DNA of 56,796 nucleotides from a virus: IMG/VR virus record IMGVR_UViG_3300042261_000652, positions 64,001 to 120,796 of that record; one strand, 5' to 3'. Shown piece by piece: positions 47,423 to 56,039 of this stretch (position 1 is its first letter; each line of letters starts with the position of its first letter). The notes under the pieces were generated by a model. It saw only the letters and a program-made list of their open reading frames with translations, ran no database searches and was not told where the DNA came from. The position numbers and the translations under genes were made by a program.

Positions 47423-48083
47423 ATTTTTGATATTTATGATACAATTGATTTATTTTTGCGATGTCCATTTCCTTTATTCGTCCAATTATTTCTGCTTTTG
47501 AAAGGTGGGATTTCATCGGTCCTTTTAGACATATTTTAATTAAAAAATCTCGCTTTTGATTTGTGGTTTTTTCAACCGTATCATCGCCATATTTTCTAGG
47601 CCACAGTCTATATCGTTTAAGCAATCGCAGCAACGGCTTTCCTGTTAATATTTCATCCGCTCCGCTGCCTTCTTCGGAATAATAATCTCCTGGCTCAACC
47701 GAAGTTGGATATTGTCCATAATAGTTATCATCATTCGCAGGTCTCTGATTAAATTCAAGATCGCCATCATAGATTTTAATGATTGCAGCATATCGAATAA
47801 AGTCCAAATCAGTAACATCATGAAATCCCTTATCTAATTTCTTTGCAATGTGATGCGTTGCGGCAGTAACGGCGGAGTCTAATGTTTTTTTATCGGCGGC
47901 AAAGGTCAATTCGGGAATGCTATTTTCGAAATCTTCCTCCGAGTCATATTCTCCGCCATATGCATTAGAAACAAAATCTCCCCGCTGTGGAATTAACCCA
48001 TATCTCTCAATATGTTTAATATTATCAACAGTAGTTCCGTGATATAACGTTTTTTCTAAAAGTAATTTTTTTAATTTAATCAT
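47415..48083 (-). CDS. MIKLK-leader protein (222 aa) with YHGT motif (ADP-ribosyltransferase/Tpt1-like candidate)
   Basis: 'MIKLKKLLLEKTLYHGTTVDNIKHIERYGLIPQRGDF'. Confidence 0.55.
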   Translation of the reverse strand: MIKLKKLLLEKTLYHGTTVDNIKHIERYGLIPQRGDFVSNAYGGEYDSEEDFENSIPELTFAADKKTLDSAVTAATHHIAKKLDKGFHDVTDLDFIRYAAIIKIYDGDLEFNQRPANDDNYYGQYPTSVEPGDYYSEEGSGADEILTGKPLLRLLKRYRLWPRKYGDDTVEKTTNQKRDFLIKICLKGPMKSHLSKAEIIGRIKEMDIAKINQLYHKYQKYD

Positions 48084-48089
48084 AATCCA

Positions 48090-48521
48090 TTATATTTCTG
48101 GAGAAAAGAGAATGATTGGCCGAGGGGGACCGAACTTTGAACTTACCCATCTCTGCCAAATAATACTTTTACCTTTATCTTCAAAATACCAATTTTCTAA
48201 TACTTGTTTTTGCGCTTTGGTTGGTTCATTTCCTTCAACAAAAATCTTATTATTCCACGGAACTTTTATGACCCGCAACCATCCTTTTCCAAATGCTTGT
48301 TCACACATTATGGCGGCAGCATCATCATAATCTTCAACCGGTTCTTTAAAAACCCGTTTTACTAAAGCATTGCTTACTCCGAATAAGGAATTATTATTAG
48401 CAACATATATACCGTGTTGCACATCGTCCGTATCATACACAGTTCCATCCCTTTCCAACCAGATTAAAGTCGCATTTATGTCATCGAGAGCTTCCCGCAA
48501 TAAATTTTTTAATTTAATCAT
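48090..48521 (-). CDS. MIKLK-leader protein (143 aa)
   Basis: 'MIKLKNLLRE'. Confidence 0.55.
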   Translation of the reverse strand: MIKLKNLLREALDDINATLIWLERDGTVYDTDDVQHGIYVANNNSLFGVSNALVKRVFKEPVEDYDDAAAIMCEQAFGKGWLRVIKVPWNNKIFVEGNEPTKAQKQVLENWYFEDKGKSIIWQRWVSSKFGPPRPIILFSPEI

Positions 48522-49129
48522 ATATTAATATTGTTGATTGGCGGTAATGTAAATTCAAAATCGGAAGTAATTTTAGATGGATCTATGACTGAAACTTTTT
48601 TTATTATATTGGGGCGGAATATAATTAGACACATTTCATCACCGCTTTGTTTCTCTATCTTGGAGTCTCCTCCCTTGCTTATAAAATAATTTGCAACGGC
48701 TATTCCCACTTTTCCGGCTCCGCTTCTAAAATTTACGATCAAATTGTTCAATATATCGGCTCCGACTGTATCGGAACGCATCCGCTCTGCATTTTTCTTC
48801 AATGCATCTATGATTTCAGCTTTGTGCCTCATTCCGCCACAATTCTTGACGAACTCGATAAGTTCAGATAACAGAATGTGGACTTTATCTAAAGGAGTGA
48901 AATTTCTATCAATATCTACCAAATGAACAACTCTACTTCCCTTAGCATACCGTCTAGCGATATAATAATCATTAGTCATATATATTCCGGGGCCAGCTTC
49001 GTATCTTCCTTCCTTGCTTCCCAATATTTCGGTAGGTATCCGTGACCAACGCTTTCCCCCGTGATACATTCTAAATGTATTGTCGTTCTCACCGTTTTCT
49101 GATAAAATTAATCGTTTCAGTTTAATCAT
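48518..49129 (-). CDS. MIKLK-leader protein (203 aa) with 'YHGG' variant motif
   Basis: 'MIKLKRLILSE'; 'FRMYHGGKRW...GIYMTNDYYIARRYA'. Confidence 0.55.
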   Translation of the reverse strand: MIKLKRLILSENGENDNTFRMYHGGKRWSRIPTEILGSKEGRYEAGPGIYMTNDYYIARRYAKGSRVVHLVDIDRNFTPLDKVHILLSELIEFVKNCGGMRHKAEIIDALKKNAERMRSDTVGADILNNLIVNFRSGAGKVGIAVANYFISKGGDSKIEKQSGDEMCLIIFRPNIIKKVSVIDPSKITSDFEFTLPPINNINI

Positions 49130-49578
49130 TTGACATCACGTTCTTTAATATATTCGGGTTTAAAAGCCATAGAATTAATCATCGCATGATCTGCCGGGGT
49201 CCAATCAGGAACTCGTTTAAAGTTACTTCCTGTAAAAATTAATACGGGAACAGTATCAATTCCCAATTCTTTGGCAGCAATTGCACGGTGTCTTCCTTCG
49301 TGACCAATTACTTTTTTTCTTTCGACATCCACTTCCAGAACTAAAAAATCAGTTGGCAACCCCCGCTTGAATCTATCTTTTAATGCGTTTTTTATAGTAT
49401 CAAATTCTTTTCGCTTTTTATATTCTTCGGGGAGTGGATTGGCCAATTGCAAAAATTTATCAGGAGACATCCAGACAATCTTTCCTTTCCACCCCTCCAT
49501 TCCTCCATAAGATTGTATCTCGGAGCCTTTTGCCAAGGGATAATCGAACTCATGTACTAATTGTCTTAATTTAATCAT
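49126..49578 (-). CDS. MIKLK-leader-variant protein (150 aa) with ParB/sulfiredoxin-like nuclease-fold motif
   Basis: 'MIKLRQLVHE'; 'VIGHEGRHRAIAAKELGIDTVPVLI' matches the ParB N-domain pattern 'GhHRl.AakelGl..vP'. Confidence 0.55.
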   Translation of the reverse strand: MIKLRQLVHEFDYPLAKGSEIQSYGGMEGWKGKIVWMSPDKFLQLANPLPEEYKKRKEFDTIKNALKDRFKRGLPTDFLVLEVDVERKKVIGHEGRHRAIAAKELGIDTVPVLIFTGSNFKRVPDWTPADHAMINSMAFKPEYIKERDVK

Positions 49579-49582
49579 AAAA

Positions 49583-50722
49583 CTATGCCACTCCTTTCAA
49601 ATATGCGGCATAAAATGCTTTATTTCGGCCTAATTCGTGGCGATCTCCTCTCACATCTTTATAACTCCTCTTATATTCCCGTTTTGCGACATTCCAGTCT
49701 TTTCTAAACACAGAATCTACAAATTTTGGAAATGCATTCAATCCTCCCAAATTGAATGCAAAATCAGTCAACATTTCGACTTGATTTTGATTTATATGAA
49801 ACACAGGATCGCTTGGTTTTAGATTTAAATAAAATTTGGATTTGGGATCGGCGGGGTGTGAGCGAGCGTATGTTTGTGCTTTTTTAATATAATCAGCTAT
49901 CCACTTGTCGTGTGCTTTTGAAACAATATCACGGGATTTTTTCAAATCGTTTATTAGCAATGCCTCGGCTTCTTTTTCGGTTATACCCCTGATAAATTTA
50001 TGAAGTTCGTCGTTCGTTATTTTATGGCCATATGCAATCGTATCATTCCCACCTTCGGCTGATCTATGAGGATACCACCTTCCATTTTTAAATCCAACCT
50101 TAGTATTATTTTCTACACTTTTTATATAATTTAAAAAATTTGCAGAAATATCCATGTTCTGAATGGATGCGGGAGGGGCATCTGCTATTTCATCCAATCC
50201 GACCGAATTTCGCCGTTGTTTAGATATTTGTTTACACAACTGTAGTATGCGTTCTATCTTGGAACTGGCGTGTTTCAACAATTCTACCATTCCAAAATGT
50301 AGCGGCTCGGGCCATTCCCCATATTCTACCCATTCAGAGTCGTCATTTTCCCAATTGAGTCTAGGATGAAATTCGTGAGGTACAATTACAAGATAATTGT
50401 GATATTTAAAATTCGCTGCGGGGTCGTGGAAAGTCCATAGATAATTAACTTTGTATTGACCCGAAAATCCGGTTTCTTCCTCTACTTCTCGCTCTACAGT
50501 CTGAAGCGGATTTTCTCCTTCATCTATTTTTCCACCCCACGTACCCCAAGTGTTTGGTTCGAAATCTACGTTGTCACTTCGGTGAGCAAGGAGAATTCGC
50601 CCCGTGTCTTTGGCGATGAAGATACATCCAGCCGCTCCAAGACCAGTGTCCCAATATTCTCGGCAGGACATATTTTCATCATCTTCTTTAAAATATAATC
50701 TATAAGGTTGAGTTGTTAACAT
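49583..50722 (-). CDS. NUDIX hydrolase fused to a T4-lysozyme-like (GH24) domain; start re-set to the internal ATG 'MLTTQ'
   Basis: Nudix box 'GGKIDEGENPLQTVEREVEEETG'. Lysozyme-like 'EGGNDTIAYGHKITNDELHKFIRGITEKEAEALLINDL...EMLTDFAFNLGGLNAFPKFVDSVFRKDWNVA' matches T4 lysozyme 'EGYYTIGIGH...ITKDEAEKLFNQDV...[29 protein letters not shown]'. The track ORF start at 50863 would leave no space for the divergent promoter region. Confidence 0.55.
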   Translation of the reverse strand: MLTTQPYRLYFKEDDENMSCREYWDTGLGAAGCIFIAKDTGRILLAHRSDNVDFEPNTWGTWGGKIDEGENPLQTVEREVEEETGFSGQYKVNYLWTFHDPAANFKYHNYLVIVPHEFHPRLNWENDDSEWVEYGEWPEPLHFGMVELLKHASSKIERILQLCKQISKQRRNSVGLDEIADAPPASIQNMDISANFLNYIKSVENNTKVGFKNGRWYPHRSAEGGNDTIAYGHKITNDELHKFIRGITEKEAEALLINDLKKSRDIVSKAHDKWIADYIKKAQTYARSHPADPKSKFYLNLKPSDPVFHINQNQVEMLTDFAFNLGGLNAFPKFVDSVFRKDWNVAKREYKRSYKDVRGDRHELGRNKAFYAAYLKGVA

Positions 50723-50862
50723 ATGGATGTACGTAGTCCCATAATAATAGGAGACCAGACATAAATAAATATCGCAATCAAAGTGAAAGATTGGCATATT
50801 TATAGGAAGAGAATATATGATGATATCACAAATGAATACAATTATCATAAGAAAGTGTACCA

Positions 50863-52041
50863 ATGGCTATTAGCAATCAAGATCGGATCAGATTTCCCGG
50901 AAGCGGGTCGCAGGTTGCAGGAAATACACCGTTCGGATCTTATGATTCCGATGCGCAATTCCAAAAGGACTGCTACAACGCAATGATTTGGGGGGCTAGG
51001 CGACTTGGTTATCCATCGGTTGCTATAGAGATGGTAGATATTAATTTCTATGCCGCATTTGAAGAAGCGTGTAATGTATACAATGCAAAAGTTAACGAGT
51101 ATAATATGATTAACAATATGCTCGCCCTTCAAGGACAGCCCAGATCGCAAATTGTAACTGGTCGAAATATTCAAGGATCAGGACTTCCGCAAATAATCGG
51201 TTTAGCAAAAGATTACGGCTCCGAAGCAGGTACGGGTGGGCGGTTAACGTGGAAAAAGACATTTATTCAAACTAAACAAAATGTTCAAGATTACGATCTT
51301 CAAGCTTTGATAGGAGATGTATTCGAACACTGTCAGCGTATAGAGGTCAAACGAGTCTTTCACGAGCGTCCACCAGCAAGCGCACGTATTTATGACCCAT
51401 TCTCGATGACTGGTATGAGCTATTCTAATGTCTTACAAGAGCTTGGATTTGGCGCATATTCACCCGCCGTTCAATTTTTAATGACTCCGATATTTGAAGA
51501 TTTGCTTCGTATGCAGGCAATCGAATTTAATGATATGGTTCGGAAAAGCCAATATTCATTCGAAATCATCAATAATAATCTGCGCATCTTTCCAATTCCG
51601 ACATATTCCTTTAAATTATGGTTGGAATACATCAATGAAAGTGATAGATATGCCAGCGGTTCGCTGTCTCCCACCCCAATGACGGGGTCCAATGCGGTAT
51701 CATCAGACTTTGCTGATATTCCTTATGTCAATCATCCATATTCCACGATTAATGATCCGGGCAGACAATGGATTAGAGATTATTTTCTCGCTAACTGTAA
51801 AGAAATATTGGGAGCTATTAGACAAAAAATGCAGACAATCCCCATTCCGGGGGGAGAAATAACGCTTGATGGTGCCGAGCTTAGGGCAGAGGCGGCTCAG
51901 TCAAAAGAACGCCTCGTGGATGATTTAAAGCAAATGTTAGAAGCAGCCGGAAAATTTGCTCAAATGGAAAAGCAGGCGGCACTTAATGAACAAATGCAAA
52001 GCAGTTTAAAATCGATTCCAACACTTATTTATATTGGATGA
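50863..52041 (+). CDS. Hypothetical protein (392 aa), probably virion structural (neck/baseplate)
   Basis: ORF at the head of the tail gene block; no motif recognised. Confidence 0.5.
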   Translation: MAISNQDRIRFPGSGSQVAGNTPFGSYDSDAQFQKDCYNAMIWGARRLGYPSVAIEMVDINFYAAFEEACNVYNAKVNEYNMINNMLALQGQPRSQIVTGRNIQGSGLPQIIGLAKDYGSEAGTGGRLTWKKTFIQTKQNVQDYDLQALIGDVFEHCQRIEVKRVFHERPPASARIYDPFSMTGMSYSNVLQELGFGAYSPAVQFLMTPIFEDLLRMQAIEFNDMVRKSQYSFEIINNNLRIFPIPTYSFKLWLEYINESDRYASGSLSPTPMTGSNAVSSDFADIPYVNHPYSTINDPGRQWIRDYFLANCKEILGAIRQKMQTIPIPGGEITLDGAELRAEAAQSKERLVDDLKQMLEAAGKFAQMEKQAALNEQMQSSLKSIPTLIYIG

Positions 52042-52442
52042 AAATTTTCGAGTGGGATATTTTCAACTCTGTTGCAACTATTCCAAGTCTCCCAATCCGA
52101 TTCCCATATATATTTAATTGCATATCCCCGCTCATGTAAAAATGTGAATCTGTCAATTGTTTCATTATATAATTTAGAAAACGAAACTTTTATTATTTGA
52201 TTTAAACTTAATGGATTATATTTTTTTGGATTTCCATGCCAATAATCTCCAAGAAATTCAAATATAGTTGTTGTGATTGGATCATATCCGTCTACTCTTT
52301 TATTATGTATTTTTACTTGCCTATGGAGGGGTGTGTTTGGGATGCTCATATAATTTAGAAATTCAATTGAATAATCCAACACCATCTTCCGACGGTTAGC
52401 TAGAACTTCTTCTTTGGTTTGATATATTCGTTTTCTTCCCAT
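52029..52442 (-). CDS. Small Vsr/DUF559-like PD-(D/E)xK endonuclease (137 aa); candidate free-standing homing endonuclease
   Basis: 'RVDGYDPITTTIFEFLGDYWHGNP' matches the Vsr core 'aifvdGcFWHgH'; convergently overlaps the 3' end of the 50863 gene. Confidence 0.5.
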   Translation of the reverse strand: MGRKRIYQTKEEVLANRRKMVLDYSIEFLNYMSIPNTPLHRQVKIHNKRVDGYDPITTTIFEFLGDYWHGNPKKYNPLSLNQIIKVSFSKLYNETIDRFTFLHERGYAIKYIWESDWETWNSCNRVENIPLENFHPI

Positions 52443-52523
52443 ATTTCATATTGCTATCATATAAGTATAAAACATAAAACACAAGTTATTTTATGAAAGA
52501 TGTAAACGAAGTATATTTATTGA

Positions 52524-52574
52524 TATGATGATATTCAATATATGATGATATTCAATATATGATGATATTCAATA
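52524..52574. repeat. 3 x 17-bp perfect direct repeats (ATATGATGATATTCAAT) in a divergent intergenic region
   Basis: Exact copies at 52524-52540, 52541-52557 and 52558-52574, between the minus-strand nuclease gene and the plus-strand 52595 gene. Confidence 0.8.
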
Positions 52575-52594
52575 CTAGCAAAATCAATTAACAT

Positions 52595-53062
52595 ATGAGC
52601 GGACGATATTTTTCAGAACGAGACATTAACTTTATCAATTCTATAAATGATGAATTGTTAGGAGATGTCATTCAAACCGAAGTGGCAATATTTAAACTTT
52701 GCCCTGACCAGACGGTTATTAATATTTATGGAGAAAGCAAACCGTCGGGTGGTAAGATGTACTTCCCAGCAATCGATATTGTTTGCCTCGTTGATCGTGC
52801 GGACATTTCCACGGATGCGGATGATTTCGGACCTGAGCGCAAACAAAACGTGGTGTTCAAATTTATGGAAAAAGATCTACAAGTAATTAATTTCTTCCCA
52901 CAAACGGGAGATTTGGTCTTCTTTAACGATAGATATCACGAAATAGATGATGTTGTGCAGGAGCAGTTTTTAGGTGGACAGCCAGATAAATCACTGTCCA
53001 TTATTGTTAATACACATTATACAAGTATCTCCAAAGTCGATTTAGTTGAAAGGCAATCATAA
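52595..53062 (+). CDS. Hypothetical protein (155 aa), probable virion component
   Basis: ORF; first gene after the repeat-containing intergenic region. Confidence 0.45.
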   Translation: MSGRYFSERDINFINSINDELLGDVIQTEVAIFKLCPDQTVINIYGESKPSGGKMYFPAIDIVCLVDRADISTDADDFGPERKQNVVFKFMEKDLQVINFFPQTGDLVFFNDRYHEIDDVVQEQFLGGQPDKSLSIIVNTHYTSISKVDLVERQS

Positions 53063-53065
53063 TTT

Positions 53066-54382
53066 ATGGGCCGATGGCAAGGAAATCTTAAAAATCCTGC
53101 ACCAAATGCGGTGCAAGAATCTATCGATAAGTCGGAAAAACTTATTCCGGATAATAGCGATTTCAATCAAACCGATGTTGGAAATCGGGCCAAAGAAATA
53201 CGCAGAGATACTGATGAGCAGAAGAATTTTACAATTTCATTATATGATATAGATGAAACTATTCTGACTCATCTTGAACAATTACAGCTTCAAATAGAAG
53301 ATCAGGGAAAGCAGGTCAAAGTTCCGATTTTTTATGGGTCTCCCGAACGATGGGTTTCTGCCCAGAGAGACGGATATATGCGGGACAAACAAGGCAAGAT
53401 TATATTGCCCGCTATGATTCTCAAGCGTTCCAATTCAGCATATGATGATTCCTTAAAGTTTTTCAATCGTTATTTAGATACACCCGCCATGAAGCTGTTT
53501 TCGGAGAAAAATAGCTACACTCAATTTTCGGTATTGTCTAATAGAAATATGCCCGTCAATGAAGTTTACAACGTGTTATTACCAAAACATATGATATTAA
53601 CATATCATTTTATTATTTGGACGGCATATGTGGAACAGATGAATAAACTTATAGAAACTATTGCTTATAATACGCAGGATTATTGGGGCAGTAAAAAGGG
53701 ATTTAGATTTCGCACCAAAGTCGAGAGTGGATATAGTCATACTGTAGAAATTCAAGCCAACGATGAGCGTGTAGTTAAAAGTGAATTCGATTTAATTACA
53801 CACGGATATGTTCTTCCCGATCAAGCAACGTATTTGGAAAGACATCGTATGACGACTCAAAAGATGTTTACTCCAAAACGATTTGTTGTGGGGGCGGAAG
53901 TTGTTTCATCGGATTATGACTGGAGTAAAAAGAGCTCTAATCGTGAAAAGTGGAGAAATCCAAATTATCCAAATCTTCAAGCAGATGTCCCAATTTCTAC
54001 GCCAATTACAACGGTAGATGCGACAAATGGTTCAACCGTAAATGATCAAATTGAAGCGTCTGCTCAAATTATCGGAACTCTGAAAAGTATTACGGCATCT
54101 CCGCTCATTAACCCAATAGATGTTGGAATAGACCCACACCGTCCCGCTCTTAGAGTGGTACCCCCTCCGAAATCGATGGCTGCTGGCGGAGAAGAGGGAT
54201 ATGTATCATATGATAATGAGTATTTTTATATTTTTGCTGGCGGTGGATGGAAAAGTGTAGCTATATCTGAATTTACAACTTCGCCGCCATGTCAAGAGGG
54301 GGCGGTATCTTTCAATAATCAATATATGTATTTATATTCAAGCGGTTCGTGGAAACAGGTGGCGATTAATAAATTTCAATAA
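53066..54382 (+). CDS. Hypothetical structural protein (438 aa) with duplicated C-terminal ~19-aa module
   Basis: 'YDNEYFYIFAGGGWKSVAI' and 'NNQYMYLYSSGSWKQVAI' repeats; tightly linked to the fibre genes. Confidence 0.5.
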   Translation: MGRWQGNLKNPAPNAVQESIDKSEKLIPDNSDFNQTDVGNRAKEIRRDTDEQKNFTISLYDIDETILTHLEQLQLQIEDQGKQVKVPIFYGSPERWVSAQRDGYMRDKQGKIILPAMILKRSNSAYDDSLKFFNRYLDTPAMKLFSEKNSYTQFSVLSNRNMPVNEVYNVLLPKHMILTYHFIIWTAYVEQMNKLIETIAYNTQDYWGSKKGFRFRTKVESGYSHTVEIQANDERVVKSEFDLITHGYVLPDQATYLERHRMTTQKMFTPKRFVVGAEVVSSDYDWSKKSSNREKWRNPNYPNLQADVPISTPITTVDATNGSTVNDQIEASAQIIGTLKSITASPLINPIDVGIDPHRPALRVVPPPKSMAAGGEEGYVSYDNEYFYIFAGGGWKSVAISEFTTSPPCQEGAVSFNNQYMYLYSSGSWKQVAINKFQ

Positions 54383-54384
54383 GT

Positions 54385-55983
54385 ATGCCTAAGTATTCAA
54401 AGTCAAAGGACATTTTTACACAGCGACGAGACTCTAGCAATAGAGGATTCGAGGAATGGCCTATTATAGTACAGCCGAATAGCGTGTTGATCACGGATTG
54501 TGCAAATAATTTGCAAATGGTCGATACAAAATCGCTGATGCAATATGAAATACCTAAAACCGCTTCTATGGCGCTTACGTCGGTGTCATCGTCATTTGCC
54601 ACGGTGGCGGCATATGCCCAGAGTGTTTCAGAAACCGCTTCCTATGCAAATCGAGCATCTAGTGCGTCATATGCCGATTATGCGAACAATGTTCCAGTTA
54701 CAGCGTCTTATGCGAATCATTCCTTGAGTTCCTCTTATGTTTTATCGGCATCTTATGCGGGAAATGTCCCCGTAACTGCTTCTTATGCAAATAGAGCATT
54801 GAGCGCATCTTATGCAAATAATGTTCCCGAAACTGCATCTTATTCGACTCGAACATTGAGTTCATCTTACGCCTTTTCCGCATCTTATGCAAGCAATGTT
54901 CCAGTTACAGCGTCTTATGCGAATAGGGCGTTAAGTTCATCCTATGCTAGTAATGTTCCTGAAACTGCTTCTTATGCAAATAGAGCATTGAGCGCATCTT
55001 ATGCAAATAATGTTCCCGAAACTGCATCTTACGCTACCATAGCACTGAGTTCATCTTACACACAAACCGCATCGTATGTAAGCGGTATCTCGGAAACATC
55101 TTCGTACGCAATTCAAGCGTTAAGCGCATCGTATGTAAGCGGCGTCTCAGAAACATCTTCATATGCAATTCGGGCATTGACTGCTTCCTATGCAAGCAAT
55201 GCGTCGGAAACGGCGTCTTATGCAAATCAGGCAACTTTGGCAGAAACGGCAAGCTATGAATATTTTAACGGCAATAGGTCAATTAAAAGATCGGGATATA
55301 GCGGATTAAATGTGGGAGGAATGAATGTAGCTACATTTTTAAATAATTTCTTCTTTCCTTTTATTTCTGCAACCATCGCTGTTTCTCCGAGCGGAACCTC
55401 TTATTATCAACAGGGAACCAATCCGAATTTTACTGTTACGGCTACGATTACCGCAAACGACGAGACGATTTTTGGAAGTGGAAGTATGAAAAAGGATGGT
55501 TCGGCATGGAATTCTGCTTCCGTACCGCCACTTTCCTTCGCATTTACCGATGCAAATATCACATCTAATCATTCGTATTATGCAACCGTTTCAGTAGATA
55601 ATAATGGGAGTCCCACGACCATTACTAGCAATACAAGCAACGTTTCGTTTATTTATCCATATTTGTGGGGAACGAGTTCTGTAGCAGGTTTGTCTGGAGC
55701 AAGTTTGTGGTCGACGATGAGCAGACAAGTGGTAACGAGTGGAAATAAAACGGTTAATTTTGTCGGAAGTGTAGTATTTATGTACTTTGCGTATCCCGCA
55801 ACATATCCTGCATTGACTTCTATTCTTGATCCAAATGGATTCGAAGTTATTGGAAATTACGAATACACTTCCAGCGTTTCGGTTACAAGTGTTGGATTAT
55901 ATAGCGATTGGACAACTAATTATAGAGTGTATAGAACAAGAATCGTATCCGATCCAAATGGAAATTATCAATTCAAACAATAA
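54385..55983 (+). CDS. Tail-fibre/whisker-like protein with ~10 tandem 19-aa (57-bp) 'NVPETASYANRALSASYA' repeats
   Basis: Repeats span roughly 54670-55260; Ser/Ala/Tyr periodicity. Confidence 0.6.
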   Translation: MPKYSKSKDIFTQRRDSSNRGFEEWPIIVQPNSVLITDCANNLQMVDTKSLMQYEIPKTASMALTSVSSSFATVAAYAQSVSETASYANRASSASYADYANNVPVTASYANHSLSSSYVLSASYAGNVPVTASYANRALSASYANNVPETASYSTRTLSSSYAFSASYASNVPVTASYANRALSSSYASNVPETASYANRALSASYANNVPETASYATIALSSSYTQTASYVSGISETSSYAIQALSASYVSGVSETSSYAIRALTASYASNASETASYANQATLAETASYEYFNGNRSIKRSGYSGLNVGGMNVATFLNNFFFPFISATIAVSPSGTSYYQQGTNPNFTVTATITANDETIFGSGSMKKDGSAWNSASVPPLSFAFTDANITSNHSYYATVSVDNNGSPTTITSNTSNVSFIYPYLWGTSSVAGLSGASLWSTMSRQVVTSGNKTVNFVGSVVFMYFAYPATYPALTSILDPNGFEVIGNYEYTSSVSVTSVGLYSDWTTNYRVYRTRIVSDPNGNYQFKQ

Positions 55984-56039
55984 TGTGAGAATACCAAATC
56001 AGATTGTAGAAGAATGTATAGAAAGGATGAGTTAATCCG

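Noticed and set aside
52524-52574. Possible CRISPR array (direct repeats)
   Set aside because: The three 17-bp repeats are contiguous with no spacers. The other tandem repeats (54-bp, 57-bp, 24-bp) are in-frame coding repeats. Nothing has the repeat-spacer architecture of CRISPR.
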